A stretch of 32,000 nucleotides of DNA from Aliivibrio fischeri ES114 (GCF_000011805.1 NC_006840.2); one strand, 5' to 3'; positions 9,083 to 18,795 are shown, numbered from the stretch's first letter. Numbers and translations: made by a program. Notes: a model not told the origin generated them from the sequence alone.

Positions 9083-10978
9083 ATGAATCTCAAGCAAATA
9101 AAATATTTTATCGTTACATTTATATTAATCGGAGCTACTCCGATTTTTTATTTTTGGACACTATATCAAACAGAGCTGAACGCCATTCAATCTTTAAGAG
9201 AGACTGAGGCTAAGCATCAGCTAAATTATAGTCAAAATGCCATCAATGAAATCTCTTCAGAGTTATCTACTTCATTACGATTATTGTCAGACAGTCGTGC
9301 ATTATTGCAGTTTATTCAATCACCATCTTTAAAAAATAGAGCATTACTTGAATCTCTATGGGCACTAACTGCAACTAACTATTCATATATCTCACAAGTG
9401 CGTTTTATTGATACCAATGGTATAGAGCAATCTCGGGTTGATGATATTAATGGTGAAATAAAAGTTACCCCTATTTACCAATTACAAGATAAGTCTAAGC
9501 GTAACTATTTTCTATATGCACAAACATTAAAGGCGGAAGAGGTTGGTACTTTTGGTATTGATCTTGAAGTAGAAAATGGAAAAGTAGTTATACCTCTTCA
9601 ACCAACGTTACGTATTTTTACCCCTGTAGAAGTGGCTGATGAGCGAAAAGGGTATTTGGTTTTTAATTTAGATGTTTATGAAATAATTGAAGAGATTGAT
9701 TATTCGATCGATAGTCATTATAACCTAGAATTTGTTGACCTAGAGGGGTATTACCTAGCATCAAAAAATAAAGAAAAGATGTTAGGTAACCTTATAGAAG
9801 AAAGAGATAGTTTTAATTTATTGATTGAAAATCCTAATTTATGGAGAGCGATGGAAGATCGTAACATCCATAATTTCAAAGATAAGAAACATTTTTATGC
9901 ATTTAATAAAATAGCATTAGGTAATGGATTTGAAGGAAGCGAACTTTATTTACTATTAACAAGTAATATTAAAGTAGACTCTTCAGGTACAGATCATAAA
10001 TTGGCATTTATCCTTTATGAAACAATAATGGCTATTATCTTACTTGTTATCTTATCCGTTATTATTTCTCGATACATCGTAAAACATCGAACAACTAGCC
10101 TTGAAAGTCAATTAGCTTTAGCTGCCTTGAATGGTATGTCTTCGATTGTGATCACAGATAAGAACAACCGCATCATCAAGGTAAATGACGAGTTTACTCG
10201 AGTTAGTGGGTGGAAAGAATCTGAAGTGATCGGGCAATGTCCTTCAATCTTTCAATCTGGTGTTCATAGTGATGCATTTTATGCTGAAATGTGGCAAACA
10301 ATTCAAGAAAATCAGAGTTGGGAAGGTGAAGTTGTTAATAAAAGAAAAGATGGAACCTTAATTACTGAGATATTACGAATTCAAGCGATCATGGGTATAA
10401 ATGGTAAGGCTCAATACTTTATTGCTTCATTTGTTGATATTACTGCTCGAAAAGAATTAGAAAACTGCTTAAGAGAGTTGAGTGAAAAAGACATGTTGAC
10501 TCAGTGCTGGAATAGAAGAAAGTTTGAAGCTGAGTTTTCAAAATTAACAAATAAGCAGCGTTTAACGCCTGAAGTAAAAATGTCTTGTTTGGCTATCATT
10601 GATATCGATTATTTTAAACGTATTAATGATCAATACGGACATGATGTCGGCGACAAAGTTATTAAAAATGTCGCTAGAATTTTGCAAACAGAAAGTCGAA
10701 GTATTGATTTTGTAGCAAGAATTGGCGGAGAAGAGTTTGCTATTTTACTTCCAAATACAAGTTTGAAAGAAGCTGAAGTGATTTTAAATCGCTTAAGGGT
10801 TGCTATTCATCTTGCTGATGGTTCACAATCAGTAACCGTTAGTGGCGGTGTAACTGATATTTGTGATTGTGGTGAGGCAACTTACAAACGTGCCGATCTT
10901 GCCTTATATGAATCAAAAACGGCCGGTCGAAATCAAATATCTTGTTTTCCATCCAGTGAAATGGATCAAATCGCATGA
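9083..10978 (+). CDS. Membrane sensor diguanylate cyclase (periplasmic domain, TM, PAS, GGDEF)
   Basis: N-terminal TM (FIVTFILIGATPIFYFW), a ~280-aa periplasmic region and a second TM (IMAIILLVILSVIISRYIV). A PAS domain follows (SIVITDKNNRIIKVNDEFTRVSGWKESEVIG...EGEVVNKRKDG). The GGDEF domain has an active-site RIGGEEFAILL and an RxxD I-site (RSID) five residues upstream. Confidence 0.9.
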   Translation: MNLKQIKYFIVTFILIGATPIFYFWTLYQTELNAIQSLRETEAKHQLNYSQNAINEISSELSTSLRLLSDSRALLQFIQSPSLKNRALLESLWALTATNYSYISQVRFIDTNGIEQSRVDDINGEIKVTPIYQLQDKSKRNYFLYAQTLKAEEVGTFGIDLEVENGKVVIPLQPTLRIFTPVEVADERKGYLVFNLDVYEIIEEIDYSIDSHYNLEFVDLEGYYLASKNKEKMLGNLIEERDSFNLLIENPNLWRAMEDRNIHNFKDKKHFYAFNKIALGNGFEGSELYLLLTSNIKVDSSGTDHKLAFILYETIMAIILLVILSVIISRYIVKHRTTSLESQLALAALNGMSSIVITDKNNRIIKVNDEFTRVSGWKESEVIGQCPSIFQSGVHSDAFYAEMWQTIQENQSWEGEVVNKRKDGTLITEILRIQAIMGINGKAQYFIASFVDITARKELENCLRELSEKDMLTQCWNRRKFEAEFSKLTNKQRLTPEVKMSCLAIIDIDYFKRINDQYGHDVGDKVIKNVARILQTESRSIDFVARIGGEEFAILLPNTSLKEAEVILNRLRVAIHLADGSQSVTVSGGVTDICDCGEATYKRADLALYESKTAGRNQISCFPSSEMDQIA

Positions 10979-11938
10979 TTATTTTTTTGAAAAAATAGAT
11001 GTTACTTTCTTCATTATAGGAGTGTGATTGTCTATTTGATGATTTTTCATTTCCTTAAAGATATTTAATAGAGCTTTAAAGTTTAATTGGCGTTCACTTG
11101 GTACAGGCCTCATAGCTTGTAATAATATGTGATGTAATTTTTGCTCTTCTTTTGTTCTTGGCTTTGGCCCTTCTTCATTCTGCTGGTAGGGGTGAACTCT
11201 TAAAAGCAATTTATAGAGCAAAATAGCTACTGAATATAAGTCACTTTTTATTGTTGGCGCATTGCCTTGCAATACTTCTGGAGCGGCATAATCGCCACTC
11301 CAAGCATGAACTTGGTTAAAGTTTATCGTGAATTTGTTTTTTTCAGGGTCTAGGTTTCGGCTGATACTAAAATCGAATAAAAATAATTCATTACTATCAG
11401 AAATAAGGATATTTCCAGGTTTTAAATCACCATGGATCACGCCTCTTTTATGGCAATGGTGTATGCAATTAATTAAGCTATATGCGTATTTCAATCTCGC
11501 ATCAATGGGAATGTTTTCAAAAGGTGAATCTAATAATAGAGAGAGTAGTTCACCTTTAATAACCGGCATAATAAGAAAACCCCGTTGCGACTCATTACAT
11601 ACCGCCAAGTGTTGTACTGATACAATATTGGGATGATGCAAATGACTAGATTGAATATATTCATTCACAAGTAACAAATCGGCATCAGCAAAATGAGAGG
11701 CTTCACTATTTAGCACTTTTATTGCCATATGATAATTATTCAGCCCTATGCTTTTTAGCAATAAATCATCAACTTGGTACACAATACCCATACCACCAAC
11801 ACCAAGAACTCGTTTAATTTTATAACGCTCATTAATGACTTTTGGAAGAGGGAGAGTATTTGCTTCCTTTCGCGTTGATTCTGTATTTAATTCATCAGAG
11901 TCATCGGCAATAAAGTGATCTATATTGATATCAGTCAT
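10979..11938 (-). CDS. ppkA: T6SS-associated Hanks-type Ser/Thr protein kinase, minimal soluble form
   Basis: Kinase motifs present: GVGGMGIVYQ (G-loop), MAIKVL (catalytic Lys), HGDLKPGNILI (catalytic loop), DFS (DFG position), YAAPE and DLYSVAILLY. The protein is only 319 aa with no TM segment. Its ATG overlaps the pppA stop (ATGA at 11935-11938). Confidence 0.85.
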   Translation of the reverse strand: MTDINIDHFIADDSDELNTESTRKEANTLPLPKVINERYKIKRVLGVGGMGIVYQVDDLLLKSIGLNNYHMAIKVLNSEASHFADADLLLVNEYIQSSHLHHPNIVSVQHLAVCNESQRGFLIMPVIKGELLSLLLDSPFENIPIDARLKYAYSLINCIHHCHKRGVIHGDLKPGNILISDSNELFLFDFSISRNLDPEKNKFTINFNQVHAWSGDYAAPEVLQGNAPTIKSDLYSVAILLYKLLLRVHPYQQNEEGPKPRTKEEQKLHHILLQAMRPVPSERQLNFKALLNIFKEMKNHQIDNHTPIMKKVTSIFSKK

Positions 11939-12606
11939 CTGTTGGCCTTAATCATAATGGCAGATAAATTATCATTTGCTTCTGTTAGTAATACTTGCTC
12001 TTTTAAGTGATAGCAGCCTTTTAGAGCACTTGGGAGAGCCATACATGCTTCAATCATATTGTTTGATAAGTATTTATGTACGCCATCACTGGATAGAAGA
12101 AAAGTATCTTTATGTTGTAATGGAATAATGCAATGTTCAATTGATAGATTGTGACCCATACCGATGGCCTGTGTGAGTGCCTCTTTCCCATTTTGTTCAC
12201 GGGTGTGATCTTTCGATATCTGGTATAGCTTATTATGACGAAACAAATAACATCGAGAATCACCTGCCCATAGACAGGCGATATGACCATTATGAGCAAT
12301 CAACATGCATACAGTGCTGCCAATAACCGCACTATGAGATAATGTCTTTTCTTGACTTAAATGGTGATTCACTTTTAAAAGCATTCTCTTTGCTTTATCA
12401 ATTTTTTGCTCTAGGCTGCCGTAGAGCAATTCGGAGTGGAAGGCATCAACAATCATTCCACTCGCAATTTCACCATACTCATATCCACCCATGCCATCTG
12501 CTATTATCCAGATACCTTGCTCGGTAAAAGATAAAATTGCATCTTCGTTTTTGTCTCTTACCTTGCCTTCTTCTGAAAAATGGGCCGTTTGAAATTGTTG
12601 GCTCAT
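11935..12606 (-). CDS. pppA: PP2C-family Ser/Thr phosphatase (T6SS threonine-phosphorylation pathway)
   Basis: PP2C motifs present: NEDAIL, IADGMGG, WAGDSRCYLF and LLSSDGV. There are 4-bp ATGA overlaps with tssM upstream and ppkA downstream. Confidence 0.9.
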   Translation of the reverse strand: MSQQFQTAHFSEEGKVRDKNEDAILSFTEQGIWIIADGMGGYEYGEIASGMIVDAFHSELLYGSLEQKIDKAKRMLLKVNHHLSQEKTLSHSAVIGSTVCMLIAHNGHIACLWAGDSRCYLFRHNKLYQISKDHTREQNGKEALTQAIGMGHNLSIEHCIIPLQHKDTFLLSSDGVHKYLSNNMIEACMALPSALKGCYHLKEQVLLTEANDNLSAIMIKANR

Positions 12607-15600
12607 CCATTAATCCTTTTTGGAAGATAGAAATTCGTTAATATTTTTCTATTAAAAGGATTAGGGGTTCGATCACTATAAATAAGGTATTTGGCTTTCA
12701 TTCCTTTATTTTCCAGATCTACTTTTATGACATCTTGACCTCGGTATTTATTGACTCTGAATTTGTCTAATACTCGGAAGAAAGCCCAAGGACCTGAGTT
12801 TTGTTGGTTTACGACTTTAGAACCACTCAGATCTTGTAAAACAAAACTGACGTATTGACGCTGATTGGTTATTGGCCACGTAAATTGTTTTTTCTGTATT
12901 GGACCATGACGGTAAGCAAATTTGTTTTTTCCGTAATAGAAAGTGGATTGCAAAGCGCTTGCATCAAGTTCAAATGGCGCAATACGGAACGAGACGTTGG
13001 CTTCTTTTCCTTTTGAACCATAAAACATACGTTGGATAGTCAACCCATAGTTATATTGGTCTAAGAATGAATCAGATAGCCCTAATGAACGTCCGTGTAA
13101 GGACTTTTGTTTGAATTTCCCTTTTTGTTTATAAACAAATGAGGATAAATAGGCGTCAAAGAAATTGTCTAAAATACCGCCGTTCTGGAAGAATTCATCA
13201 AAGTCAGCAATGTTTACATCATGGCTACTGTTTCTAAATGGGTATCGACCTGATAAAGCGACATCGTAATGAGTAACGACTTTATCATGGTAAACTATTT
13301 GTACATGTTTTCTTGAATGGTTCAGTATAATACCCCAAGCGTTATTTGATATTTGTTTCCACCATTGCTGTAATGGTTGGGGAAGCGTTTCTGCCATTAC
13401 ACGTATATCATTTAACTCATTTGGTATTCCTTGCATGCGATCGCGAGCAATCTTAAAGGCTGATGAATCAGGGTTAGGTGAGAACTTCACCATAGATAAT
13501 CGTCCACTCAGTTCGTTGATCACAACCAGCGCATCTTCTAATGGAATCGTTGCTTGATCTTTATCTGTGAGTAATAGGTTCAGTGATTCAAATTGATTGC
13601 TTACCGCTTTACGAGCGCTTTGAGAGCGTTCTTCGACACTGTGTAAGCCCAGAGAGGCGACTTTCTTCAGTTTCGTATTTACAGGTAGTTTCTTAACCTG
13701 ACCTGCAGTTTTTGAAGCCACTTGAGCCTTATCAACAAAGGTGGTGTTTTCTTTTACTAGGTTTAAAAGCTTTAAAATTGGTTGGCTTGAACCGGTAATA
13801 TTTGAAATTTGAAGAATGGCTTCATCCATGTTTTTAGATGGTTTAATTTGAAGTTGATCTACCGCTTCTTTCCAATATTTAATGTAATCATGGAAATAGA
13901 GGTCTTCGACATCTGCGTATAGTCCACGGATCTCATTAGCACTTAAATCACTTGATAACCCAATGACCCAGTTTTCTTCAATCAGTTGTTTTACTTGGTC
14001 TAATCCTTTGCTTAAAAAGACAGCTTTATATCCTTTTTGCGTATATAAACCAGGAATAATGGTATTGGTGTGGTTGAATAAGTTTTGGTTTGGTCCTAAA
14101 TGGTCACTGATTTTTATATCGCGCAGATCCATCTCTTTTGCGTCTTGTTTTAGCTGTTGGTATACCAATTCTGATGTATCTGCTTCACGTAAAAATTTAC
14201 GAGATTTAGCGATTAAATTATCGTTTAATTGAACTGGTTCAAATTCGATATTTAATAGATTAGAAAAATGCGCTTGAAGCTCTTTCTGCTCTGTTGCTGA
14301 ACCACTGTATAAATACGACCAATGCAATCCCATCCATTGTTCTAGATAAGCTTTATCAAGGTGCTCATGTAGATTTAGCATCAAATATGCTCGTAAAGAA
14401 GGCGTTAAGAATTCTCTATTATCTTGATTATTTGCCACTTGGTATTCGAGTTCACTTGTTACTTTAGGAAGCAGTAAACTGAGTAAACTTCTGTGGTATG
14501 CGGCTTCTGCTGCCTTTCGTAATTTATCTCCTTGTTGGAGTCCCGCAAACTCATCTGTGAGGGTTTCACTCTCTTTTGAATACACTTGAGTTGCTGCTAA
14601 TAAAGTATTTAATGTTGGCAGTAATTCAATAGAAGGAGCTAAAGGGGATAAATGGACAATCTGTTGATTATAATCGCCAGAAAGAGACAATAACTCTTGT
14701 TGTTTATGATGATTGGTTAAAAAGCTGGTTGCCCATAATGAACCAAACCCAATCACAAGAGCAAAAGAGGCTGCATAGACCGCCATGTTTTTCAGTTTTA
14801 CTTGTTTCTCATATTTTTCATCTAATGTAGCGAGTTCACTGTTTGGAAAAATCACGTCTTCAAGTAATTTTCGAATAAAGAACCCACGTTGATGTTTATA
14901 AGTAGGAAGAACTCGAGAGCTGATACCAAGGTTTTGCCCAATACCTGACGTGGTTGATTCAGTCTGGGTATTTGTTGGTTCGGGTACTGACGTTAGGTAT
15001 AAACCACGTAAATGAGAGGCTTGGTGATAACGGGTTTTAGTAAAGGCTAATTCAGAAAATAACGCTAAGCGTTCAGCAAGGAAGCTTAATTGGCGTGGGA
15101 ATTGTAATAGTTCTGCACGTTTCATCACATCACGCTCATCGTGTAAGCGTGACATGACTTGTGAATCGATACGTAAAATGAGCTTTTCGAACTCATGTTT
15201 AATTTTATCGGCTTGCTGGCCTTCACCTTCGTTAAAAGTGACGCCAAAAACTTGGTCCATTTCTTCTCTGGATAGGGAAGAGAAGAAGGGTTCGAATCCC
15301 TCGACTTTATCCATTTTCGTTAATAAGAAATAGATAGGCATATCTGAGCTTAAATCATGTCTTAACTCTTGTAAGCGTTCACGTACATAGCGAGCTTGAA
15401 CTTCGATTGCGCTTTCATCTGGAGATTGTAATGTTGTGATATCAATAGTTAGTATGACCCCATTTAATGGGCGACGGCGACGCTTATTGCGTAGAGCTTT
15501 TAAAAAATTGCCCCAAATTGGTTTACTTAACTCATTTTCATGTTGATCAAAAAAGCGTCCTGCAGCATCTAAAAGAACGGCATGGTTAGCAAAATACCAT

Positions 15601-16145
15601 TCACAATGTTGGCTATTTTGAATGTCTCTTGTGTAATGCCCATCAGTTTGGTTTAAAGGGAAATCTAATCCTGAACACTCTAAAAGGGTTGTTTTACCAC
15701 TATTTTGTGGGCCAATAACCATATACCAAGGAAGTTGATATTTAACGTTATTATTGAGTTTTCCATATAGCCCAGCACGCTTGATTGTTGCAATTGCAGC
15801 TTCAAGTTTTGTTTTTAGAATGGTGCTGTGTTCACGAATAAAAGCCATTTCAGATTGCGCAGCTTCATACGCTTCTTTATTTTCTTCTTTTTGTGCTTCT
15901 CGCTTTGCTAAGCCCCACAAAGTCAGATTGAATGCTCCCCATAGTAGTAAGCAAATGATAATTGTTAATGTTTTCCCGGTAGTCGTTTCAATTAATGGGG
16001 TATTTGCTATCGCAATATGCTTACCAAATAAACACAATAATAAGGCAATAAATAGTGTTAATAATAAGCTCCAACACCATGTCTTTTTTAATGTGTTAAG
16101 CAATGAATTAAAAAATGATTTCATCCGTAAAATCCTATAAATCAA
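12603..16145 (-). CDS. tssM: T6SS membrane-complex protein TssM (IcmF)
   Basis: 1180 aa with three N-terminal TM helices, a Walker A motif (GPQNSGKTTLL) and a long periplasmic C-terminal IcmF-like region. It sits directly after tssL with an 11-bp overlap. Confidence 0.95.
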   Translation of the reverse strand: MIYRILRMKSFFNSLLNTLKKTWCWSLLLTLFIALLLCLFGKHIAIANTPLIETTTGKTLTIIICLLLWGAFNLTLWGLAKREAQKEENKEAYEAAQSEMAFIREHSTILKTKLEAAIATIKRAGLYGKLNNNVKYQLPWYMVIGPQNSGKTTLLECSGLDFPLNQTDGHYTRDIQNSQHCEWYFANHAVLLDAAGRFFDQHENELSKPIWGNFLKALRNKRRRRPLNGVILTIDITTLQSPDESAIEVQARYVRERLQELRHDLSSDMPIYFLLTKMDKVEGFEPFFSSLSREEMDQVFGVTFNEGEGQQADKIKHEFEKLILRIDSQVMSRLHDERDVMKRAELLQFPRQLSFLAERLALFSELAFTKTRYHQASHLRGLYLTSVPEPTNTQTESTTSGIGQNLGISSRVLPTYKHQRGFFIRKLLEDVIFPNSELATLDEKYEKQVKLKNMAVYAASFALVIGFGSLWATSFLTNHHKQQELLSLSGDYNQQIVHLSPLAPSIELLPTLNTLLAATQVYSKESETLTDEFAGLQQGDKLRKAAEAAYHRSLLSLLLPKVTSELEYQVANNQDNREFLTPSLRAYLMLNLHEHLDKAYLEQWMGLHWSYLYSGSATEQKELQAHFSNLLNIEFEPVQLNDNLIAKSRKFLREADTSELVYQQLKQDAKEMDLRDIKISDHLGPNQNLFNHTNTIIPGLYTQKGYKAVFLSKGLDQVKQLIEENWVIGLSSDLSANEIRGLYADVEDLYFHDYIKYWKEAVDQLQIKPSKNMDEAILQISNITGSSQPILKLLNLVKENTTFVDKAQVASKTAGQVKKLPVNTKLKKVASLGLHSVEERSQSARKAVSNQFESLNLLLTDKDQATIPLEDALVVINELSGRLSMVKFSPNPDSSAFKIARDRMQGIPNELNDIRVMAETLPQPLQQWWKQISNNAWGIILNHSRKHVQIVYHDKVVTHYDVALSGRYPFRNSSHDVNIADFDEFFQNGGILDNFFDAYLSSFVYKQKGKFKQKSLHGRSLGLSDSFLDQYNYGLTIQRMFYGSKGKEANVSFRIAPFELDASALQSTFYYGKNKFAYRHGPIQKKQFTWPITNQRQYVSFVLQDLSGSKVVNQQNSGPWAFFRVLDKFRVNKYRGQDVIKVDLENKGMKAKYLIYSDRTPNPFNRKILTNFYLPKRING

Positions 16146-16968
16146 TTTGCTGAAAAGCTTGAATTACATGCTCTGATTGTTGGTCCAATACATAATAGAA
16201 ACCACCGTAAATAGCACACAATGAGAAAACCACAACGCATACAATGCCAACCCAAGAGGTTTGTCTTGTGAGTTTATGGCGTTGAACTTGTTTCGGTTCC
16301 CAGTTTGGAGAGAGGCTAGCTTGCTCATCTCCTCGTAAAGAGCGAATTTGGCGATAAAGAGAATCACGAATGGCGTCTAATTCGACTAGACCTCTTGATA
16401 ACACTCGATATTTACCTTCAAAACCTAAGCTCAAACATAGGTACATTAGCTCTAATAGATCTAAATACTTAGCAGGGTTTCTACTGAGTTTTTCTAATAG
16501 TAAGAAAAATTTCTCACCACCATATGTTTCGTTATGAAAGCTACTTAACATGCTTTTTGAGGCCCAGTGACTTTCTGAACCCCATGGCGTTGTTACGATG
16601 ATTTCATCAACGAAAGTGCAAAGCAGGTAGCGAGATAAGGCAACATAATTACTCTCAACACCTGAGTTAATGGCTTGAAACTCGAAGGATTTTAACTCTT
16701 CAACTAATTTAGGTTTTAGTAACTCAATATCTTGGTAGCTTTCTTTTTTTAAGTCACACGTGATACAGAGTAATGAGGAAGCAGCACTGATTAGTGGGTT
16801 GTTTCCTGCAAAATTGTATTCTTCTGGTTTAATACGCGCGGCGTAGACCATGCGCTCTTGAAGCTGGTTGAATTTGGGTGCACTTGGGCTTTCAGTTAAA
16901 GTTGGGTTAACTTGATTAGGCTCTTGTGTGATAAGTACAGTACGGTCATCCATGCTGCTGCTGTTCAT
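16135..16968 (-). CDS. tssL: T6SS membrane-complex protein TssL (DotU family, no OmpA/peptidoglycan-binding extension)
   Basis: 277 aa with a cytoplasmic DotU-like domain (NPLISAASSLL...FFLLLEKL...LELMYLCLSLGFEGKYR) and a single C-terminal TM anchor (WVGIVCVVVFSLCAIYGGFYYVL). It lies between tssK and tssM. Confidence 0.9.
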   Translation of the reverse strand: MNSSSMDDRTVLITQEPNQVNPTLTESPSAPKFNQLQERMVYAARIKPEEYNFAGNNPLISAASSLLCITCDLKKESYQDIELLKPKLVEELKSFEFQAINSGVESNYVALSRYLLCTFVDEIIVTTPWGSESHWASKSMLSSFHNETYGGEKFFLLLEKLSRNPAKYLDLLELMYLCLSLGFEGKYRVLSRGLVELDAIRDSLYRQIRSLRGDEQASLSPNWEPKQVQRHKLTRQTSWVGIVCVVVFSLCAIYGGFYYVLDQQSEHVIQAFQQIDL

Positions 16969-16969
16969 A

Positions 16970-18292
16970 TTAACTATTCCTTATTGCCCAAAAGAAAAGA
17001 GAAAGCTCAGGGAAATCACCTGCAATATGGAAGGCAAATCCTCCAGATTGCGTTAGTTGAGAGCGATCGTTTGAGGTTAAATCAAGGGTGAAATAACAAT
17101 AATCACCATGGAAAGGGACTTGTCTTGGGGCTACAGAAAGTGAGCGACAAGTGATCCCCGGTAATTGAAGGTTTACAAGGTTGCGAATTTTTTCAACAGG
17201 TCCGACTTTTAATTGTGGTGGCAGTTGTTTTCGTAAGCTTTCAGCGTCGGTATGAGAGCGAGCCGCGAGAATAAAGGTGGCTTCTTGCAATAAGCTATCA
17301 TCAGAAATAGGGGCAATAAGTACACCGTGATTGCGTTTTTGTAGTGGTATCTCAAAGGCGTTTTGTTTCAATGACTGATTCAGCTGTTTACGCAAATGAA
17401 ATAAGATCTGATCAAATGACTCGCCTTGTTCTTTATGATTGTATGATAATTTTAGATCTGGTCGACGATGACCTGAATCATAAGTAGACAACTCTCCTTG
17501 CAAAGATGAAAGTAATAAAAAGAGCTCCTCCGGATGGTATTGAGAGCACTTATTTAGATAGTGGAGTTGAGGCTCGTACTTATTTAATAATTGAAGCAAT
17601 AAGAAGTCACCAATTTCTGAGGTTGCGTGTCCTGATTTGGTAATACGTTCGGCTAAAATATCGGCTTTATGAGTAACGAGAGTTAAGACTTCTCGTAGCG
17701 AACGATGAACAAGAGACGAGTGAACACCATTGATAAAACTCGCTTCAAAATTAGGGTTGAGTTGGATCGCACCTTCTGGAGTGACTTGTTTAATTTCACA
17801 TAGTTTGATTTTAACCCAATGATTATCAATCTCTTCTTCGGTAATAATATGAAAATCTAACTCACCACAACTGATAGTCTGCAAGTTTTGTACTTGGGCA
17901 TTATTATCTGAAATGGTTAAATCGTGAGAAACATAACGAGTGTTAATTTCGGTTTCTTTTTCATCGCGAGCTTCCGGACTATTGATAGTCGATAAAGAAA
18001 TCGCTAAATACAGATTTAAGTTTGTTTTAGGCGCATCAGACTCCCAAACAATAGGGGTTGTTTGATGTTGAATATCAAATAGTGAACCATCGGGTAAAAT
18101 ACCACTAGCTTGACTGATCACTATCTTTCCAACAGATAAATGATGATTATCAAAGCTCAGAGAATGGAAACCCCAATTAAACCTGTGTTGCTTCTGCGTG
18201 CGTACTTGCAGTTGATTTTGATAGTAACGATCACTTTGTTGGAAATGTTGAGGCCGCAATAGCATGCCTTCTTTCCATATAACTTTTTGCAT
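16970..18292 (-). CDS. tssK: T6SS baseplate protein TssK
   Basis: 440 aa. The N-terminus MQKVIWKEGMLLRPQHFQQSDRY is the typical TssK opening. It follows tssJ and ends 1 nt before tssL. Confidence 0.93.
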   Translation of the reverse strand: MQKVIWKEGMLLRPQHFQQSDRYYQNQLQVRTQKQHRFNWGFHSLSFDNHHLSVGKIVISQASGILPDGSLFDIQHQTTPIVWESDAPKTNLNLYLAISLSTINSPEARDEKETEINTRYVSHDLTISDNNAQVQNLQTISCGELDFHIITEEEIDNHWVKIKLCEIKQVTPEGAIQLNPNFEASFINGVHSSLVHRSLREVLTLVTHKADILAERITKSGHATSEIGDFLLLQLLNKYEPQLHYLNKCSQYHPEELFLLLSSLQGELSTYDSGHRRPDLKLSYNHKEQGESFDQILFHLRKQLNQSLKQNAFEIPLQKRNHGVLIAPISDDSLLQEATFILAARSHTDAESLRKQLPPQLKVGPVEKIRNLVNLQLPGITCRSLSVAPRQVPFHGDYCYFTLDLTSNDRSQLTQSGGFAFHIAGDFPELSLFFWAIRNS

Positions 18293-18303
18293 TTATCTAT
18301 CCT

Positions 18304-18795
18304 CTAAATTCGCGCATTACTGCTTTGTGGTGCGTTCTTTTTCTTTTTCACGCGTTTTAATTTGACGATAGAAGAGTCGGTAGCGATCAATTCCACTTTT
18401 TGTGCCTCTTCGGGCTCAACTGTGTATATGTAATGCCATTTTGCATTATCTATATCTTGATAAGCGCCGATAACGGCTAAATATTGTCCTTTTTCACTGA
18501 GCTTTAATTTGATGATTTTCTTATCGCCCGGTCGTAAGATGATTTCCTCTTCTGCGATAAAATCCGCTCCTAAGGTTGATTTTGCATTATTGTATAAATC
18601 AAAAAATTCTGAGTTTTCAAAGCCAGTAATTGAAGATAACTCTAATACCCTTACCACTAGAGGCGAGGGGCGATCCGCATGATCAGGGTTAACATTTGCA
18701 GAGGCATTGAGAGTAAGCGCTACGTAAGTTGGATCTGGTGTGCTGCTGCATCCAATGAGTAATAATAGAGCTATGAAGGTAAATAATTTTTTCAT
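18304..18795 (-). CDS. tssJ: T6SS outer-membrane lipoprotein TssJ
   Basis: 163 aa with a lipoprotein signal peptide and lipobox (LLLIGC/SS). Size and position (fha-tssJ-tssK) match the SciN/TssJ family. Confidence 0.88.
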   Translation of the reverse strand: MKKLFTFIALLLLIGCSSTPDPTYVALTLNASANVNPDHADRPSPLVVRVLELSSITGFENSEFFDLYNNAKSTLGADFIAEEEIILRPGDKKIIKLKLSEKGQYLAVIGAYQDIDNAKWHYIYTVEPEEAQKVELIATDSSIVKLKRVKKKKNAPQSSNARI

